Below are positions 30,005-39,515 of a stretch of 64,000 nucleotides of DNA, one piece after another. Where the stretch lies: the NCBI GenBank assembly GCA_944332675.1, contig CALVKJ010000001.1, positions 5,235 to 69,234 of the forward strand, given 5' to 3'. Origin of the DNA: an uncultured Bacilli bacterium. Its GTDB lineage: Bacteria; Bacillota_I; Bacilli_A; RF39; UBA660. Below the pieces are notes generated by a model that did not search any database, was not told the origin of the DNA, and saw only the letters and a program-made list of their open reading frames with translations. Made by a program: the position numbers and the translations under genes. Every line of letters starts with the position of its first letter. Position 1 is the first letter of the stretch.

Positions 30005-30553
30005 TTAAAATATTATAAATGAACAGATAATATCTATTATTAAGACAACTAGTAAAAAATAAAATATTATATTTCTAGTTTTATCATTTAATTTATTTAA
30101 TAATTTAGTAAATAATGGCTCTAAAATGTATAAGAAAATTACTCCACCAATACCAAAACGAATACTAGGGCTTAAGGCTATTCTTGCTTCAAAATTATAT
30201 TTGTAGTCGGCATAAGTTTGCCAAGGCCAAGACCCAGTAAAGTATTCACAAATATAAGATGTTAAAAGTTCTAGTAAAGTTGCAACAACCATACAACCTA
30301 AGAAAACGATAGGAATATATAACAACTTTTTCTTAAGTGGTTTATCTTTAATTAATTTATTAAAACAAAGAATAAATGCTAAGGCCCCAAACCCATAAAC
30401 AGGTAAATATGGTCCAAATAAAACACCACGATTAGAAAATCCCCATTTATAAACTACCACTTCTAGAAATACTTCATAGAGCCAACCGATAAAAGCAAAA
30501 AGCATAAATAATAAAAATAAATTTTGAACTTTTTTCATATTACACACAAGCAT
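30005..30553 (-). CDS. polytopic membrane protein, unknown function
   Basis: 4-5 TM helices; start overlaps holA. Confidence 0.45.
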   Translation of the reverse strand: MLVCNMKKVQNLFLLFMLFAFIGWLYEVFLEVVVYKWGFSNRGVLFGPYLPVYGFGALAFILCFNKLIKDKPLKKKLLYIPIVFLGCMVVATLLELLTSYICEYFTGSWPWQTYADYKYNFEARIALSPSIRFGIGGVIFLYILEPLFTKLLNKLNDKTRNIIFYFLLVVLIIDIICSFIIF

Positions 30554-31478
30554 CTAATAAAAATCCGTACAAAGCTGTATCTTTATCCCACAAACCTTTC
30601 TTAATATTCATATCAATATTACATAAATCTACTAAGTTTTTAAGTAGTTCACTCTCACTATAATGAATTCCATTATTATATAATTTATTTACTTGCCAAT
30701 CTGCTAAACTTAAATTGCTGCAAATTTCACTTAAACTAATTTTATTTTGATACATTTTCTTGACATAATACATAAGACGATATTCTCTAGCTAAAAGGAC
30801 TGTTAAAACTGTTGCATCAACTTTATATACCTTTAAACTATTTAATATTTTTAAAGCGACATCAAGTTTTTTAGAAACAACCGCTTCAACAAAATGAAAA
30901 TTGTTATTATCAAGTTCAGTTCCTACAATTGCTACTACATCTTGATATTTAATGCGACACGGGAAATTATAATAAAGCATTATTTTATCTATTTCATTAA
31001 ACATAATATCCAAATTACTATATGAATTATTAATTATATAACTAACAGTTTCCCAATCTATATCAAAATCTTGTTCTTTAACATAATTGGTAAGTAAAGA
31101 ATTAATTGTTTTCTTATCCATTTTAGGTGTATTAATGATTTTATATTTACTTTTTAATTCTTTAACTATTTTTTTTCTGGAATCAATCGGTTTTAATGTC
31201 GTAAATATGATTATAGTATTTGGGTTAGGATTATTAAAATAATTGATTAATGAGTTTGTTATGTTATCATCTAATTTTTCGCTACCAAATATATCTGCAT
31301 TAGTTACTACCAGATACTTTTTATTATTATCTAACGAAAAATACGAAGCTTCTTCTAATACTTCTTTGATACTACTTTTATTTAAATTAAAAGTTTCATA
31401 ATTGTTATCTCTCACTATTTTTTTTATTTCTTTATCAATAAGCCTAAAACTTTCATTACTGATTAAATATATATTCAT
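30540..31478 (-). CDS. holA: DNA polymerase III delta subunit
   Basis: HolA-like N-terminus and size (312 aa); conserved position downstream of comEC, as in Bacillus. Confidence 0.7.
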   Translation of the reverse strand: MNIYLISNESFRLIDKEIKKIVRDNNYETFNLNKSSIKEVLEEASYFSLDNNKKYLVVTNADIFGSEKLDDNITNSLINYFNNPNPNTIIIFTTLKPIDSRKKIVKELKSKYKIINTPKMDKKTINSLLTNYVKEQDFDIDWETVSYIINNSYSNLDIMFNEIDKIMLYYNFPCRIKYQDVVAIVGTELDNNNFHFVEAVVSKKLDVALKILNSLKVYKVDATVLTVLLAREYRLMYYVKKMYQNKISLSEICSNLSLADWQVNKLYNNGIHYSESELLKNLVDLCNIDMNIKKGLWDKDTALYGFLLDACV

Positions 31479-31527
31479 ATTTACTACCTCATTACATTTA
31501 TTTTACTATAATTTTTAGCATAAGAAA

Positions 31528-31543
31528 AGAGAATCTCTTCTCT
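31528..31543 (-). terminator. weak hairpin terminator after the tandem nuclease genes
   Basis: agagaa-tctc-ttctct hairpin followed on the minus strand by tttctt. Confidence 0.3.
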
Positions 31544-31613
31544 ATCTATAAAAACATTATATAATGTATTATATTTTATGGGTAATATATTATATTGTGA
31601 AGGTAAAGTATTA

Positions 31614-32495
31614 TTACATTAGTTTATATTCTTTAGCTAATATTCTGGAGTCGCTGCAATATTCCATTATAAATTCATTATTCTTCTTACATATGATAAT
31701 TCCTATAGTTTTATCTTGCGTTACTGTTTTTAAGTTCTTATCTATGTAATTCATATAAACTTCTATTTGACCAATGTGTTCCTTTTTTAATTCAGTTACT
31801 TTTAGTTCTACTACTACGTAACAATTAAACTTAATATTATAAAGAAGTATATCGATGAAATTATAAGTATTACCTATTTTTATTTTGTATTCGTTTTTAA
31901 CAAAAGTAAAGCCCTCACCCAATTCATCTAAAAAAGATGGAAGATCTTCAAGTATAACTTTTTGTAATGCTTTCTCGGAAATTATTTCTTTATTGGTATT
32001 ATTTTTAATAACAATAGGATTTTTAATAAAATCAGCTACTGTAGTCTCTTTTTCATCTATTAACTTTTCTTTAGTAATATCATCTAATCTTTCGTATTCT
32101 TTATTTTTAATTCGTTCACGAAGTTGTCTAACGGATAAATTATGTTCAATAATTAATTTAGTATAAAAATTTATTTTATTATCATCTTTTATTGTTATGA
32201 GAGTTCTATAATGACTCCACCTTAATTGGTCACACACCGTGTGACTTTTTGAAAAAATAAAAAATTGCCGCATTAATTTTAAATTGGTAGCAGTGTATCC
32301 TTTACCAAGTTCACTCGTCAATTTTTTAGAATATTCTTTTATAATACCTTCACCATAATGTTTACCGGCTTCACTTAACAGTTTACCAACATTATAATAA
32401 GTAGTTAAATCACTTTTATTTTTACTATAATCTTTTACTTTTTTAGTTATTTCATTATTTATTAATTCGTTTTTTATTTCTTTATAATAATTCAT
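31614..32495 (-). CDS. YhcG/DUF1016-family PD-(D/E)XK nuclease paralog C
   Basis: DUF1016_N-like region (GKGYTATNLKLMRQFF) and a C-terminal PD-(D/E)XK core (IDILLYN...VVVELKVTELKKEHIGQIEVYMNY); SD GGAGG upstream. Confidence 0.8.
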   Translation of the reverse strand: MNYYKEIKNELINNEITKKVKDYSKNKSDLTTYYNVGKLLSEAGKHYGEGIIKEYSKKLTSELGKGYTATNLKLMRQFFIFSKSHTVCDQLRWSHYRTLITIKDDNKINFYTKLIIEHNLSVRQLRERIKNKEYERLDDITKEKLIDEKETTVADFIKNPIVIKNNTNKEIISEKALQKVILEDLPSFLDELGEGFTFVKNEYKIKIGNTYNFIDILLYNIKFNCYVVVELKVTELKKEHIGQIEVYMNYIDKNLKTVTQDKTIGIIICKKNNEFIMEYCSDSRILAKEYKLM

Positions 32496-32502
32496 AAACC
32501 TC

Positions 32503-33393
32503 CTATACTAGTTTATATTCTTTAGCTAATATCCTAGAATCACTACAATATTCCATTATGAATTTGTTATCCTTTTTACATATGATAATTCCTATAGTTT
32601 TATCTTGAGTTATTGTTCTTAAGTTCTTATCTATGTAATTCATATATACCTCTATTTGACCAATATGTTCCTTTTTTAATTCTGTTACCTTTAGTTCTAC
32701 TACTACGTAACAATTAAACTTAATATTATAAAGAAGTATATCGATGAAATTATAAGTATTACCTATTTTTATTTTGTATTCACTGGCAATATAACTAAAT
32801 GAATCACCTAATTCCTTTAAAAATGAATCTAAATCTTCCAAAATAAGTCTGTGCAAAACTTTTTCAGAAATTATTTCTTTATTGGTATTATTTTTGATAA
32901 GTAAAGGATTTTTAATAAAATCCGTAACTGATGTAGAAGATTTAGTTATTAATTTGCTTTTTATAGAATCATCTAATCTTTCATATTCTTTACTTTTTAT
33001 TCGTTCTCGTAACTGTCTTACCGACAAATTTTGTTCAATGCCTATTCTTATATAATAATTAACTTCGTCAATATTATCTATAGATAACAATTCGCTATAA
33101 TGGCTCCAAGTCAATTGTGTCGACACTGTCGACACTTTTTCATTACTAAATAATAAAAAGAATTGTCTAAATCTAAATAAAGTTCTTGCAGTATATCTTA
33201 AACCTAGCTCAACAGTTAATCTTTTAGAATACTCTCTAATAATACCTTCACCATAATGTTTGCCAGCTTCACTTAACAGCTTACCAACATTGTAATATGT
33301 AGTTAGATCGCTTTTATTTTTACTATAATCTTTTACTCTTTTAGTTATTTCATTATTTATTAATTCATTTTTTATTTCTTTATAATAATTCAT
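32503..33393 (-). CDS. YhcG/DUF1016-family PD-(D/E)XK nuclease paralog B
   Basis: Same architecture; first ~55 aa and last ~110 aa near-identical to paralogs A and C, central region divergent. Confidence 0.8.
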   Translation of the reverse strand: MNYYKEIKNELINNEITKRVKDYSKNKSDLTTYYNVGKLLSEAGKHYGEGIIREYSKRLTVELGLRYTARTLFRFRQFFLLFSNEKVSTVSTQLTWSHYSELLSIDNIDEVNYYIRIGIEQNLSVRQLRERIKSKEYERLDDSIKSKLITKSSTSVTDFIKNPLLIKNNTNKEIISEKVLHRLILEDLDSFLKELGDSFSYIASEYKIKIGNTYNFIDILLYNIKFNCYVVVELKVTELKKEHIGQIEVYMNYIDKNLRTITQDKTIGIIICKKDNKFIMEYCSDSRILAKEYKLV

Positions 33394-33403
33394 AAACTTC
33401 TCC

Positions 33404-34288
33404 TTATACTAGCTTATATTCTTTAACTAATATTCTAGAATCACTACAATATTCCATTATGAATTTATTATTTCTTTTACATATAATAATTCCTATAGTT
33501 TTATCTTGAGTTATTGTTCTCAAGTTTTTATCTATGTAATTCATATAAACTTCTATTTGACCAATATGTTCTTTTTTTAATTCTGTTACTTTTAATTCAA
33601 CAATTACAAAACAATTATATTCATAATTATAAAGAAGCAGATCGATGTAATTATATGTATTACCTATTTTTATTTTGTATTCACTAGCAATATAACTAAA
33701 TGAATCACCTAATTCCTTTAAAAATGAATCTAAATCTTCCAAAATAAGTCTGTGCAAAACTTTTTCAGAAATTATTTCTTTATTGGTATTATTTTTGATA
33801 AGTAAAGGATTTTTAATAAAATCAGCTACTGTAGTTTCTTTTTCATCTATTAACTTTTCTTTAGTAATATCATCTAATCTTTCATATTCTTTATTTTTAA
33901 TTCGTTCACGAAGTTGTCTAACGGATAAATTTTGTTCAATACTTATTTTTATATAATAATTAATTTCATTGATATCTTCAAACCAAATTATTGCACAGTA
34001 GTGAGTAAAAGTTAAAAGGTCGGTCATTGACTGACTTTTTGAAAAAATATTATAAAATCGTCTTATATATTTAAGCTGAGTAACAGAATATCCCTTTCCA
34101 AGTTCTTTAGTTAACTTTCTAGAATATTCTTTTATAATACCTTCACCATAATGTTTACCGGCTTCACTTAACAGCTTACCAACATTATAATAAGTAGTTA
34201 AATCGCTTTTATTTTTGCTATAATCTTTTACTCTTTTAGTTATTTCATTATTTATTAATTCATTTTTTATTTCCTTATAATAATTCAT
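33404..34288 (-). CDS. YhcG/DUF1016-family PD-(D/E)XK nuclease paralog A
   Basis: Same architecture; start lies 11 nt after the comEC stop, preceded by SD GGAGG (translational coupling). Confidence 0.8.
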   Translation of the reverse strand: MNYYKEIKNELINNEITKRVKDYSKNKSDLTTYYNVGKLLSEAGKHYGEGIIKEYSRKLTKELGKGYSVTQLKYIRRFYNIFSKSQSMTDLLTFTHYCAIIWFEDINEINYYIKISIEQNLSVRQLRERIKNKEYERLDDITKEKLIDEKETTVADFIKNPLLIKNNTNKEIISEKVLHRLILEDLDSFLKELGDSFSYIASEYKIKIGNTYNYIDLLLYNYEYNCFVIVELKVTELKKEHIGQIEVYMNYIDKNLRTITQDKTIGIIICKRNNKFIMEYCSDSRILVKEYKLV

Positions 34289-34299
34289 AAACCTCCTTT

Positions 34300-36420
34300 C
34301 TACGGCATAAACGTTTTTATGCTGAATTTATCACTACTTATTTTAAATTCTATAGTTCCATCATAATCAGTTCTATAAATATTGGTACTGTTAAGTATTT
34401 CTAGAACTTCTGTATTAGGATGGTTATAGAGGTTATTTCTACCGACAGAAATTATCGAATATATAGGGTTTATATCATTAATAAAATCTAGAGATGTACT
34501 TGTCTTGCTACCGTGATGTCCAACTTTTAAAACATCTACATTTTCTAAATTATATTTTTCTAGCAAATCTTGTTCTACTTTTACACTAGCATCTCCCATA
34601 AAAAGAAAATTTATATTACCAAAATTTGTATAAGAAACTAAAGAATTATCATTTTCGTTATCGTATAAATAATCATTTAAAAAATAAAGTTTAGTAGTAG
34701 ATAAATTTATACTTTTTATATTTTGATAGTAATTAATATTTAAAGCATTTACTTTAGATATTATAGATTCTTCCAAATCATTGAGAGCATCATTATTTAA
34801 TATGACATTTGCTGTATGAATGCTTTTTAAAATATTGATGGCCTCACCTGCGTGATCATTATCACCGTGAGAAAGTATTAAGTAATCAAGGTTGGTTATA
34901 CCAATACTTTTTAAAAATTTTATCGTATTATCACTTACATTATAAGTTTTGTTACTTCTTTTCCATTCGTCAACTTCATAAGTAATCCTACCACCAGTAT
35001 CAAGCATTATAACTTCCCTTTGATGAGGTGTTATTAAAACTATATTATCTCCTTGCCCAACATCTAAAAAATAAACATAATGATTATTATCCAGTTTAGG
35101 AATAATTTTAATGATAATTAAAATAGAGATTATTGCTATTAAATATTTTTTATTCGATTTAAGTAATATTAAACATATAAATAGTAAAGCAATAAATATT
35201 ATAGAAGGCTTAGGAATATTAATAAAAAAGCAAAAATTTACAAAAAAATTATTTAAAAAATCTGTTATCGATAAAGTAAAACTTAATATGGGATTAAATA
35301 TTGGCATTATGAATGTTATAATCGCTAAAGGAAAAACAATGATCGATATCCAAGGCACAAATAACATATTAACAAGTATCGATAAAATATTTACTTCGTA
35401 ATTGATATATGCACTAATTGGTAAACTAAATAGAAAAGAAATGGTACTTAATTTAAACATTTTAACTATGTAATTGCCAGTTATTTTATCGCTATAATAA
35501 ATAATACCTCCGCAGACAGCAAAAGAATATATGAAACCCAAATCATAAATAATAAAGGGATCAAAGAGTATTAAAATAAAAGCAGTTAGCAAAAGAATTT
35601 GTAAATTAGAAAAATTAAATTTACCTATTTTATTTAGACTATTTAATATAAAAAAGTAAATAGCTCGCATTACTGCCGCCTGGAAATTGGTGATAAAACC
35701 AAAGAAAAGAAGAATACCACTTAAAATTAATAATTTGGGAATCTCTTTTAGTCGTTTTAAAAAAACATTAAATACTGCTAGTAAAACGGCAACGTGAGAA
35801 CCTGATATGGCAAGTAAATGACTTGTTCCATTAGTTTGATAATTATTATAGATATCACTGCTGATTAAAGATTTATCCCCCAAAACTAAAACTAGCAAAT
35901 ACTCATTATTATCAAGGCTGTATGCCCTTTTATATAGATAATCTTTTATTTTATCGATAAAGTTATTATCATCTATTATTTCATAACTAGCTATATCAAA
36001 CAAATAAAATATCTTTTTATTATATAAATAGTTTTTGTAATTAAAATTGTTCGGTATTGTATTATTTATTGGACTATTTAAACTACCACTTAGATAAATA
36101 GATTTTCCAATCCCAATTGTTTTTAAAAGGTATTCTTTTTCCTCTTCTGTATTAATATAATATGTAGCAATTATTTTTTCTTTTCCCGATATTTCCATTT
36201 GCAATTTATTGCCATTAATACTATATTCATCTATTTTACCATTGATTTTAGTTTCACTACCAACATATTTAGATTCATATTTGATAAAAACTGTAAAGAC
36301 AAAAACATAGATAGTTGCAAATAAAAATAAAATTATAAATAGAATATTACACCGTAATAAGAGCTTTAAATTGGTCAAATGTGGCATCGCCGATTCCGCT
36401 GACATTTTTAATTTCTTCAA
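34300..36420 (-). CDS. comEC: DNA internalization competence protein ComEC/Rec2
   Basis: Polytopic competence domain plus C-terminal metallo-beta-lactamase domain (HGDNDHAG); 706 aa. The annotated start overlaps comEA by 74 nt, so the true start may be an internal Met. Confidence 0.88.
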   Translation of the reverse strand: MKKLKMSAESAMPHLTNLKLLLRCNILFIILFLFATIYVFVFTVFIKYESKYVGSETKINGKIDEYSINGNKLQMEISGKEKIIATYYINTEEEKEYLLKTIGIGKSIYLSGSLNSPINNTIPNNFNYKNYLYNKKIFYLFDIASYEIIDDNNFIDKIKDYLYKRAYSLDNNEYLLVLVLGDKSLISSDIYNNYQTNGTSHLLAISGSHVAVLLAVFNVFLKRLKEIPKLLILSGILLFFGFITNFQAAVMRAIYFFILNSLNKIGKFNFSNLQILLLTAFILILFDPFIIYDLGFIYSFAVCGGIIYYSDKITGNYIVKMFKLSTISFLFSLPISAYINYEVNILSILVNMLFVPWISIIVFPLAIITFIMPIFNPILSFTLSITDFLNNFFVNFCFFINIPKPSIIFIALLFICLILLKSNKKYLIAIISILIIIKIIPKLDNNHYVYFLDVGQGDNIVLITPHQREVIMLDTGGRITYEVDEWKRSNKTYNVSDNTIKFLKSIGITNLDYLILSHGDNDHAGEAINILKSIHTANVILNNDALNDLEESIISKVNALNINYYQNIKSINLSTTKLYFLNDYLYDNENDNSLVSYTNFGNINFLFMGDASVKVEQDLLEKYNLENVDVLKVGHHGSKTSTSLDFINDINPIYSIISVGRNNLYNHPNTEVLEILNSTNIYRTDYDGTIEFKISSDKFSIKTFMP

Positions 36421-37024
36421 TAGCTTTAAAGAAGCCGTTTTCTTCCCGATATGAAATTATATTATTGGCTTTTGTTTCGCCGATACCTGGAAGAGTCATT
36501 AGCTCTGTTATTGAAGCGAGATTGATATTTATTAAACTAGAAGTTCCCGTATCACTATTTGTAGAATCACTTGTAATGATACTTACTTTATTTTTTAAAG
36601 CATTATCTATTTGATAATCATTATTAGAACTCGTAGTATTAGAATACGTACTATTCTGATATTCTTTTTCGGTATAGACAAAAATTACTAATTCATCAGT
36701 TACTTTCTTACTTAAATTAATGTTATCTGTGTAAGCATTATCCAAAAAACCACCAGCTAGATTGATTGCATCATTTATTAAATCTTGCTCATTCATAGCA
36801 TAAACTCCAGGATTTTGGACAGCACCTTTTACTTCAACATAAATACTTTCATTAGTTTCTTCTTCAGTATTTTCGATTTTTACTGGGCTATCTTCTAAGG
36901 CAATATTTAAGTTTTCTTCTTCGTTATTTAAGCTATAAATAATATAGGCACTTAATCCCAAAACTACTAGACTTAAAAATATCAATATACCTAAAACTAT
37001 TTGCTTTTTATTAAGTATTTTCAT
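36347..37024 (-). CDS. comEA: competence protein ComEA (DNA receptor)
   Basis: N-terminal TM anchor; C-terminal tandem helix-hairpin-helix INLASITELMTLPGIGETKANNII...NVSGIGDATFDQF. Confidence 0.85.
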   Translation of the reverse strand: MKILNKKQIVLGILIFLSLVVLGLSAYIIYSLNNEEENLNIALEDSPVKIENTEEETNESIYVEVKGAVQNPGVYAMNEQDLINDAINLAGGFLDNAYTDNINLSKKVTDELVIFVYTEKEYQNSTYSNTTSSNNDYQIDNALKNKVSIITSDSTNSDTGTSSLININLASITELMTLPGIGETKANNIISYREENGFFKAIEEIKNVSGIGDATFDQFKALITV

Positions 37025-37117
37025 AGCATTTCCCTCCTTTCACTTTATATATTTACTTTTTTTCTTCGATTTCCTTTTTTTGGGATAAAAAAATCAAATA
37101 AATTTTCATTATTTGAT

Positions 37118-38122
37118 TTAAGAGGCTAAATAATCAAGTGCTTCACTAAATGTTGCAACACTATGAATTACTATATCAAGATCGAACTCTTCTTTTACCT
37201 CTAGAGCTTCTTCATAATTTTCATCGGGGCATAAGAAGATGCCAGCATCATTTTTTACCGCTCCCAGGATTTTATATTTAACACCATCGATGGCTCCAAC
37301 TGTTCCATCCAAAGAAATTGTTCCAGTTCCAACGATTGTTCTGCCTTTAGTAATATCTTCAGGTACTAATGCATTATAGATAGCTAAAGTTAACATTAAT
37401 CCTCCACTTGATCCGGACTCACTAGAACGAGTTTCAACAGTAATTTCTGGATCAGTATCATATTCATAAGTCGTCAAAAAAGATATTCCTACTTTTAGAC
37501 CATCCGAAGTATCATATATTTTGGCACTACAATCTTTAACTGAGCCATTGCGATTAACTGTAAATTCAATTACTTCTCCTTCATTTTTGCTATTTACAAT
37601 TTCTCGTAATTCATCGACAGTTTTAATTTCTTTACCATCAGCTGTTAAAAGTTCATCATAAATTTCTAAGTCTGTATTTGCTTCATCAGAAATGAATACA
37701 ATATTGTTTACTTCTCTAGTTATATCAATACTTTTGCCAGCAGTTTGATATGCTAAAATGGTAGCATTATCGATAGATGAACGCATATATAGTCTTTCAA
37801 GTTCTAGTAACTCACTTACAGATTCATCTTCACTAGTTATTTCACTACTATTAACTAAATCCCAATTAGGAATAATATATGAAAGTAAAATCATCGGCAA
37901 AGTTCCTTTTACTAGGGATACGTAGCTCATATTTAAAGATCCTTCAGAGTCATATCCATCACTTACTTCAACACGTTCTTCAAGATTTACTACTCCTCCT
38001 GGGGTATATATAACAAAGGGAAACTCATAAAAAAATAAAAATATAATAATTCCCCAAACAATTAAAAATTTATAATTTTCCACAATAAATTCTTTAATAT
38101 TCGAATATAATTTATTAAACAA
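37118..38122 (-). CDS. YlbL/SepM-like PDZ domain plus Lon-type (S16) C-terminal protease
   Basis: N-terminal TM; S16 catalytic-region motif SSGGLMLTLAIYNAL...KILGA. Confidence 0.7.
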   Translation of the reverse strand: MFNKLYSNIKEFIVENYKFLIVWGIIIFLFFYEFPFVIYTPGGVVNLEERVEVSDGYDSEGSLNMSYVSLVKGTLPMILLSYIIPNWDLVNSSEITSEDESVSELLELERLYMRSSIDNATILAYQTAGKSIDITREVNNIVFISDEANTDLEIYDELLTADGKEIKTVDELREIVNSKNEGEVIEFTVNRNGSVKDCSAKIYDTSDGLKVGISFLTTYEYDTDPEITVETRSSESGSSGGLMLTLAIYNALVPEDITKGRTIVGTGTISLDGTVGAIDGVKYKILGAVKNDAGIFLCPDENYEEALEVKEEFDLDIVIHSVATFSEALDYLAS

Positions 38123-38162
38123 TTAAATCACCTAATTAATTATAGCAAAAAAGGACTATGTT

Positions 38163-38975
38163 ATGAAAAAAAATTTAATCTATTTGACAATTCTTATACT
38201 GATTTTTCTAATATTTAAAAATTATTCTTTAGTTTTAGATAGTAGTATAAAAGCAGTTGAGCTTTGGTTATATAAAGTTTTTCCCTATCTTTTTATAATG
38301 ATTGTAATAAATGATACCTTAATTAACTTGGATTTTGAAAGATTATTTAAAAATAACAGTATCTATGCTTTAGTGGCGTCCCTTTTAAGTGGCAGTCCAA
38401 CATCTGCAGTAATTATCAGTAATTTATATAAACAAGGAAAAATGACTAAGGATACCGCCAACAAAACTTTACTTTTTACTTATTTTGCCAATCCTTTATT
38501 TTTATATACTATGTTAAATGCTATATTTAATTCGCAATTTATAGCTATTAAACTTATGCTTATTCATTATCTCAGTAATATAATTATTTATTTAATATAT
38601 CGCCGAGGTTTAACTAGTAAAAACATAAATTATAATAAAACAAAGCTAGATATTTCTAGCTCGATTAAAAAGGCTATGAATACAACTACTATGGTTTTAG
38701 GTTGTATAACATTTTATTTAGTTATTAGTGATATATTACATCTAAGTATTTTTTTAAGAGGAATATTAGAAATGACTCAAGGATTAAATAGTTTAATTGG
38801 TGAGTCTTTGCAATACAAAGAATTACTTGCTATAGGTTTTATCTCTTTTGGAGGATTTTCTATTCATACCCAAGTAAAGTGTATTTTAGATGAAACTGAT
38901 TTGGAATATAAATATTTTTTTAAGGGAAGAATTATGCAAACTTTAATAGCTTTATTGATTACAGCCTGTACCTAG
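38163..38975 (+). CDS. polytopic membrane protein (YlbJ/nucleoside-recognition-like?)
   Basis: ~8 TM helices; divergent from the ylbL-like gene as in Bacillus. Weak assignment. Confidence 0.4.
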   Translation: MKKNLIYLTILILIFLIFKNYSLVLDSSIKAVELWLYKVFPYLFIMIVINDTLINLDFERLFKNNSIYALVASLLSGSPTSAVIISNLYKQGKMTKDTANKTLLFTYFANPLFLYTMLNAIFNSQFIAIKLMLIHYLSNIIIYLIYRRGLTSKNINYNKTKLDISSSIKKAMNTTTMVLGCITFYLVISDILHLSIFLRGILEMTQGLNSLIGESLQYKELLAIGFISFGGFSIHTQVKCILDETDLEYKYFFKGRIMQTLIALLITACT

Positions 38976-39515
38976 ACAAGTTAAAGGTGTGGTAAAATCA
39001 CTTACATTGCCTAAGTAATTTATCATTATATCATCTAAAGTATTATTATTTGCAGCATCATTTTCTTCATTTATAGTATGAACTTCGATATCAATTATAA
39101 GAGTAAATATTTTATCATCGGCACTATAATAAACATTAGCTCTATTTACATAAACACTACTTTCAGCTATTTTCCATCTTCTGACATTTTCACCAGTGGA
39201 ATCAATATATGAAAATAAGGTGCTTGTAGTACTTAGATAAGAACTCGTATTATCAGAAAAGTTAAATGTAATGTTTAAAGTTTCAGAATCGCTATTATCA
39301 ACTATACTAGTTAAAACTTTATTATTTAAGTCATTGCCGATCATTCTTAAGATTTCAGCCCTATTTATTTGATTATCACGCGCATAAGTAGTGTTAGTTT
39401 CTAGATTATTTAAATCGATTAATAGTCTAATCATAAATATTAAAACTACCGATATTAAAGCTATACTAATTATTACTTCGGCTAAAGATGTTCCTTTTTT
39501 ATTTAGCATAATCAT
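38952..39515 (-). CDS. type IV pilin-like (pseudopilin) protein
   Basis: Class III signal: KKG|TSLAE with Glu at +5, followed by a hydrophobic helix VIISIALISVVLIFMI. Confidence 0.65.
   Translation of the reverse strand: MIMLNKKGTSLAEVIISIALISVVLIFMIRLLIDLNNLETNTTYARDNQINRAEILRMIGNDLNNKVLTSIVDNSDSETLNITFNFSDNTSSYLSTTSTLFSYIDSTGENVRRWKIAESSVYVNRANVYYSADDKIFTLIIDIEVHTINEENDAANNNTLDDIMINYLGNVSDFTTPLTCLGTGCNQ

Larger units (their letters stand above)
31614..34288 (-). repeat. tandem array of three ~890-bp gene-sized direct repeats (mosaic paralogs)
   Basis: DNA-level identity over long stretches, for example 31620-31890 versus 32510-32780; segments are shared pairwise in a mosaic pattern. Confidence 0.85.
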
